Notes under the pieces: model-generated
Seen by the model: only the letters and a program-made list of their open reading frames with translations
Told to the model about the DNA's origin: nothing
Database searches by the model: none
Made by a program: the position numbers and the translations under genes
Part shown: positions 60,604 to 64,000 of the stretch, piece after piece
Layout: each line of letters opens with the position of its first letter
How positions within the stretch are numbered: position 1 is the first letter of the stretch
From: an uncultured Bacteroidota bacterium
GTDB taxonomy: Bacteria; Bacteroidota; Bacteroidia; Flavobacteriales; Flavobacteriaceae
DNA length: 64,000 nt
Assembly (NCBI GenBank): GCA_902550325.1
Contig: CACCYT010000002.1
Location: 53,929-117,928 of the forward strand
Direction of reading: 5' to 3'

Positions 60604-61667
60604 AATTTAAAATCATATATATTTTTGACAATCCAATCTCCTAATTCACTTGTTGTAACGAAATTTTTATGAGATAAATCCTTTGTTAATTTTCTGTTTT
60701 TGATTGACTCTCTGACACTATAATCAATTAGCTTTGATTCTTCATTTAAACCAAAGTCTTTAAACATCATAGAACATGATAGTATAGTGGCTATAGGATT
60801 AGCAATGTTTTTTCCTGTAGCTTCTGGGTATGACCCGTGAATTGGCTCATAAACTGATGTTTTTTCTCCAATTGATGCAGAGGGCATCAATCCTATAGAT
60901 CCAGAAATCACTGATGCTTCATCAGTTAAGATATCCCCAAATAAATTACTAGTTATTAAAACATCATATTCAGAAGGATTCTGAATAAGTCTCATGGCAA
61001 CTGCATCTACAAATTCGTATGTAGTGCTGACCTCAGGATACTTTGATTCCATTTTTTGAATTGTTTCCCGCCATAATCTTGAAGATTCTAGAACATTAGC
61101 TTTGTCTATACAGCATAGTTTTTTAGATCTTTTCATTGAGAGATCAAATCCAACTTTTGCAACCCTTTCAATTTCTTCTTTTTTATAATAACAAGTGTCA
61201 AATGCAGAATTTCTATCATTTGATCTTCCTCTTTCTCCAAAGTATATTCCGCTAGTTAGTTCTCTAACAAAAATAATATCAGTCCCCTCTATAATTTCTC
61301 TTTTTAAGGGTGACATGTCAATTAATTCTTTAAAAGTAAAAGTAGGACGAATATTGGCGTAAAGACCCAGTTTCTTTCTCATAGATAAAAGTCCTTGCTC
61401 TGGTCTAATTTTTAAACTAGGATCATTATCAAATTTTGGATCTCCAATTGCCCCAAATAAAACTGCGTCAGAATTTAAACATTTAATGTGAGTTTCATCT
61501 GGGTAAGGATTCCCAACTTTGTCAATAGCATCTGCTCCAACAATTCCTTCATACCAAATAATTTTATGGTTAAATTTTTTAGAAATAGCCTCACAAACTT
61601 TTTCAGCTTCATTTATCACTTCAGGTCCAATTCCATCACCTGATAATTTTGTAATCTTTAATTCCAT
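60600..61667 (-). CDS. leuB: 3-isopropylmalate dehydrogenase
   Basis: KITKLSGDGIGPEV, LFGAIGDP, VRELTSGIYFG, NLFGDILTDEAS, and GS.PD-like blocks. 355 aa. Confidence 0.9.
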   Translation of the reverse strand: MELKITKLSGDGIGPEVINEAEKVCEAISKKFNHKIIWYEGIVGADAIDKVGNPYPDETHIKCLNSDAVLFGAIGDPKFDNDPSLKIRPEQGLLSMRKKLGLYANIRPTFTFKELIDMSPLKREIIEGTDIIFVRELTSGIYFGERGRSNDRNSAFDTCYYKKEEIERVAKVGFDLSMKRSKKLCCIDKANVLESSRLWRETIQKMESKYPEVSTTYEFVDAVAMRLIQNPSEYDVLITSNLFGDILTDEASVISGSIGLMPSASIGEKTSVYEPIHGSYPEATGKNIANPIATILSCSMMFKDFGLNEESKLIDYSVRESIKNRKLTKDLSHKNFVTTSELGDWIVKNIYDFKF

Positions 61668-63181
61668 TAAATTGTATTTAACATTTTTTCGGTCGCTTTT
61701 ATTGCTGATACCGTTTGATCAGAGTCCAAACCTCTTGTTGCAAACTCTTCCCTATTTGATTTTTTCCATGTTATAAAAGTCTCGCATAGAGCATCTGAAT
61801 TACTTCCAGGTGGAATTGTGACTGAATAATCAATCAGAAGAGGAAGTTCTAAATCAATTTTTTTATAAAGTTTTTTTAATGCTGACATAAATGCATCAAA
61901 CTGACCATCTCCTTTACCACTCTCTTTGTGGATTTTTCCATTATAACTAACCTCTATCTTTGCAGATGGTTTATTGTTTTTCTTGTGCTTAAGGTAATAG
62001 GACTTTATTTGTATTTTATTTTTAAAATTAGCTGTTTTTAACACATCCGATATAATGAATGGCAAATCATCAGCAGAAACTTTTTCTTTTTTATCCCCAA
62101 GTTCTATAACCCTGGCTGTAACCTTTTTAATATCATCATCAGATAAGTTTAAACCTAAATTTTCTATATTTTTTTTTATGTTAGCTTTTCCAGATGTTTT
62201 ACCCAAAGCATATTTTCTTTTTCTACCAAATCTTTCCGGAAGTAATTCGTTGTAGTATAAGTTATTTTTACTATCTCCATCTGCATGAATACCAGCAGTT
62301 TGAGTAAAAACATTTTCTCCAATAACAGGTTTGTTTGGGGGTATTCTAAAACCACTAAATGTAGAAACCAACTTACTTACATTATATAGATTCTTTTCAT
62401 TAATTTCTATATTATAATCTTTTAAAAAATCGTTATTTGCTGCAATTATGCTGGCCAATGGTGTATTTCCAGCTCTTTCCCCCATTCCATTAATAGTTGA
62501 ATGAATACCATTACATCCAGCCTTAATTGCCTCTAGGGTATTGGCAACACTCAAATCATAGTCATTGTGCCCATGAAAATCAAAATGCATGTCAGGAAAC
62601 TCATTACAAAGACTATTTATATATGAATACGTCATTGTGGGGTTGAGAACCCCCAATGTATCAGGTAGCATGATCCTTTTAATACTGGTTCCGCTAAGCA
62701 TATTAATAAATTCATAAATATAATTGGGTGAACTTTTCATTCCATTGCTCCAATCTTCTAAATAAATATTAGAGCTTATTTCATTTTTATCAGCTAATTC
62801 AATCATTTTTTGTATATCATTAAAATGATCATTTTTTGATTTTCTTAATTGATATTTGAGATGATTTACAGACCCTTTTGCTAAAATATTTTGAACTTTT
62901 CCACCACATTTTTTTAACCAATCAATTGATATTCCATTGTCAATAAAAGTAAGAACTTCGACTCTTTCAATTAAATTATTTTTTTTTGACCATTTCATTA
63001 TAGATTTGACAGCATCAAATTCTCCAGATGATACACGCGCTGATGCAACCTCAATTCGATCAATATTTAGCTCATTAATTAAAAGTTTTGTTATGGTTAA
63101 TTTTTCACTAGCTGAAAATGACATTCCTGAGGTTTGTTCACCATCTCTCAAGGTTGTATCCATGACTTCAATATTTTTCAT
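61667..63181 (-). CDS. 2-isopropylmalate synthase / (R)-citramalate synthase family protein (LeuA/CimA with a C-terminal LeuA-dimer regulatory domain)
   Basis: DTTLRDGEQ, HFHGHNDYDLSVANTL, NGMGERAGN, then a C-terminal allosteric domain. It sits between leuD and leuB. In Bacteroides that slot holds the CimA-like paralog, so LeuA and CimA cannot be distinguished by eye. Confidence 0.8.
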   Translation of the reverse strand: MKNIEVMDTTLRDGEQTSGMSFSASEKLTITKLLINELNIDRIEVASARVSSGEFDAVKSIMKWSKKNNLIERVEVLTFIDNGISIDWLKKCGGKVQNILAKGSVNHLKYQLRKSKNDHFNDIQKMIELADKNEISSNIYLEDWSNGMKSSPNYIYEFINMLSGTSIKRIMLPDTLGVLNPTMTYSYINSLCNEFPDMHFDFHGHNDYDLSVANTLEAIKAGCNGIHSTINGMGERAGNTPLASIIAANNDFLKDYNIEINEKNLYNVSKLVSTFSGFRIPPNKPVIGENVFTQTAGIHADGDSKNNLYYNELLPERFGRKRKYALGKTSGKANIKKNIENLGLNLSDDDIKKVTARVIELGDKKEKVSADDLPFIISDVLKTANFKNKIQIKSYYLKHKKNNKPSAKIEVSYNGKIHKESGKGDGQFDAFMSALKKLYKKIDLELPLLIDYSVTIPPGSNSDALCETFITWKKSNREEFATRGLDSDQTVSAIKATEKMLNTI

Positions 63182-63183
63182 TT

Positions 63184-63780
63184 TTATATCGGACTGTTTT
63201 TTGAAAAATTAATAATTGAATCTTTAATATTTAATAAATAATCAATATCATCAAATCCATTCAGCATGTTATTTTTTTTGTATTCATTTATATTAAAATT
63301 TTCAATCAATTTTGTGTTTCTAACAGAAACAATTTGTCTAGCTAAATTAACATTGACAATAGTCTCAGGATTTGCATAAACAAGTTCAAAGATTTTTTCT
63401 AAAAACATAGAGCTAACTTGAACAGGAAGAACACCAATATTTAAACAATTATTTTTAAAAATATCAGCAAAAAAACTAGAAATAACACATCTAAAGCCGT
63501 AATCATATATTGCCCAAGCAGCGTGTTCACGAGATGATCCTGATCCAAAATTTTTACCTGCAACTAGAATACTCCCAGAAAATTTCTGATTATTTAGAAC
63601 AAAATCTTTCTTTTTTATGTTATTCTCATCATATCTCCAATCTCTAAACAAATTTTCGCCGAAACCAACCCTTTCCGTTGCTTTTAAAAATCTAGCTGGA
63701 ATGATTTGGTCCGTATCAATATTTTCAATTGGCATTGGAACCACTGTACTACTCAACTTAATAAACTTATCGTAACTCAT
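63184..63780 (-). CDS. leuD: 3-isopropylmalate dehydratase small subunit
   Basis: VVPMPIENIDTDQIIPARFLK and GKNFGSGSSREHAAWA. The start was trimmed to MSYDKF (cat at 63778-63780), 1 nt after the leuC stop. The track start at 63834 would read through the leuC 3' end. Confidence 0.9.
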   Translation of the reverse strand: MSYDKFIKLSSTVVPMPIENIDTDQIIPARFLKATERVGFGENLFRDWRYDENNIKKKDFVLNNQKFSGSILVAGKNFGSGSSREHAAWAIYDYGFRCVISSFFADIFKNNCLNIGVLPVQVSSMFLEKIFELVYANPETIVNVNLARQIVSVRNTKLIENFNINEYKKNNMLNGFDDIDYLLNIKDSIINFSKNSPI

Positions 63781-63781
63781 T

Positions 63782-64000
63782 TTAAATTTTTCTTGGGTCA
63801 GTGATTTGTCCAGTAACAGCTGCTGCTGCTGCAACTATTGGACTAGCTAAAAGTGTTCTTGCTCCAGGACCTTGTCTTCCCTCAAAATTTCTATTTGATG
63901 TACTTACTACATATTTTCCATTTGGGATTTTATCTTCATTCATCGCTAGACAAGCTGAGCATCCTGGTTCTCTGATTTCAAAACCAGAGTTGATTAGTAT
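63782..64000 (-). CDS. leuC: 3-isopropylmalate dehydratase large subunit, C-terminal part only; the gene runs off the window
   Basis: Manual reverse translation gives ...[33 protein letters not shown] (stop is tta at 63782-63784), the conserved LeuC/aconitase C-terminus. Confidence 0.85.
   Translation of the reverse strand: MLINSGFEIREPGCSACLAMNEDKIPNGKYVVSTSNRNFEGRQGPGARTLLASPIVAAAAAVTGQITDPRKI

Overview
This 64 kb window is very AT-rich (roughly 30% GC by eye) and very densely coded. It appears to come from a streamlined member of the Bacteroidota, class Flavobacteriia. Supporting evidence is a fused SecDF, a CarboxypepD_reg-type TonB receptor paired with DUF4249, bamD-rpoZ-coaBC-DUF4835-recN synteny, a tmRNA tag ending GENKYALAA, and TTTG/TAnnTTTG promoter boxes.

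Positions ~14.2-64 kb are core housekeeping genes: kdsA, ftsE, asnB, gyrB, mdh, secDF, murQ, icd, rplS, trmD, an htrA-like protease, dapF, mltG, dnaA, ribD, prmC, ligA, dapA, bamD, rpoZ, coaBC, recN, fabI, coaE, a two-component pair, xerD, aroQ, lpdA, 2x msrB, lon, cmk, rpsA and leuB/A/D/C.

Positions ~0.3-13.7 kb abut the 3' end of the tmRNA gene (ssrA, 13819-14210, minus strand) and look accessory. This block has two parts.
- A carbohydrate-active cluster with two formylglycine-type sulfatases, a GH10-like glycosidase, two paralogous GxSxG esterases, a seven-blade repeat lipoprotein and other secreted orphans. It has no SusC/SusD pair.
- A tightly packed orphan operon directly next to ssrA: a 1032-aa cytoplasmic protein with a WD40/TolB-like tail, then a 176-aa acidic protein, then a secreted DUF1287 protein. 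I recognise no enzymatic or NTPase motif in the first two. This operon is the best candidate here for an undescribed system.

Other notable points:
- Ribosomal protein S1 carries a ~110-aa N-terminal extension built from an 18-bp (AAKKTT) tandem repeat.
- Two msrB genes sit in tandem, one cytoplasmic and one a lipoprotein.
- Convergent genes overlap at their 3' ends throughout the window.
- The dnaA upstream region has a T10A9 tract and short repeats but no consensus DnaA box.

All functional calls rest on motif and family recognition by eye from the supplied translations. No database search was possible.
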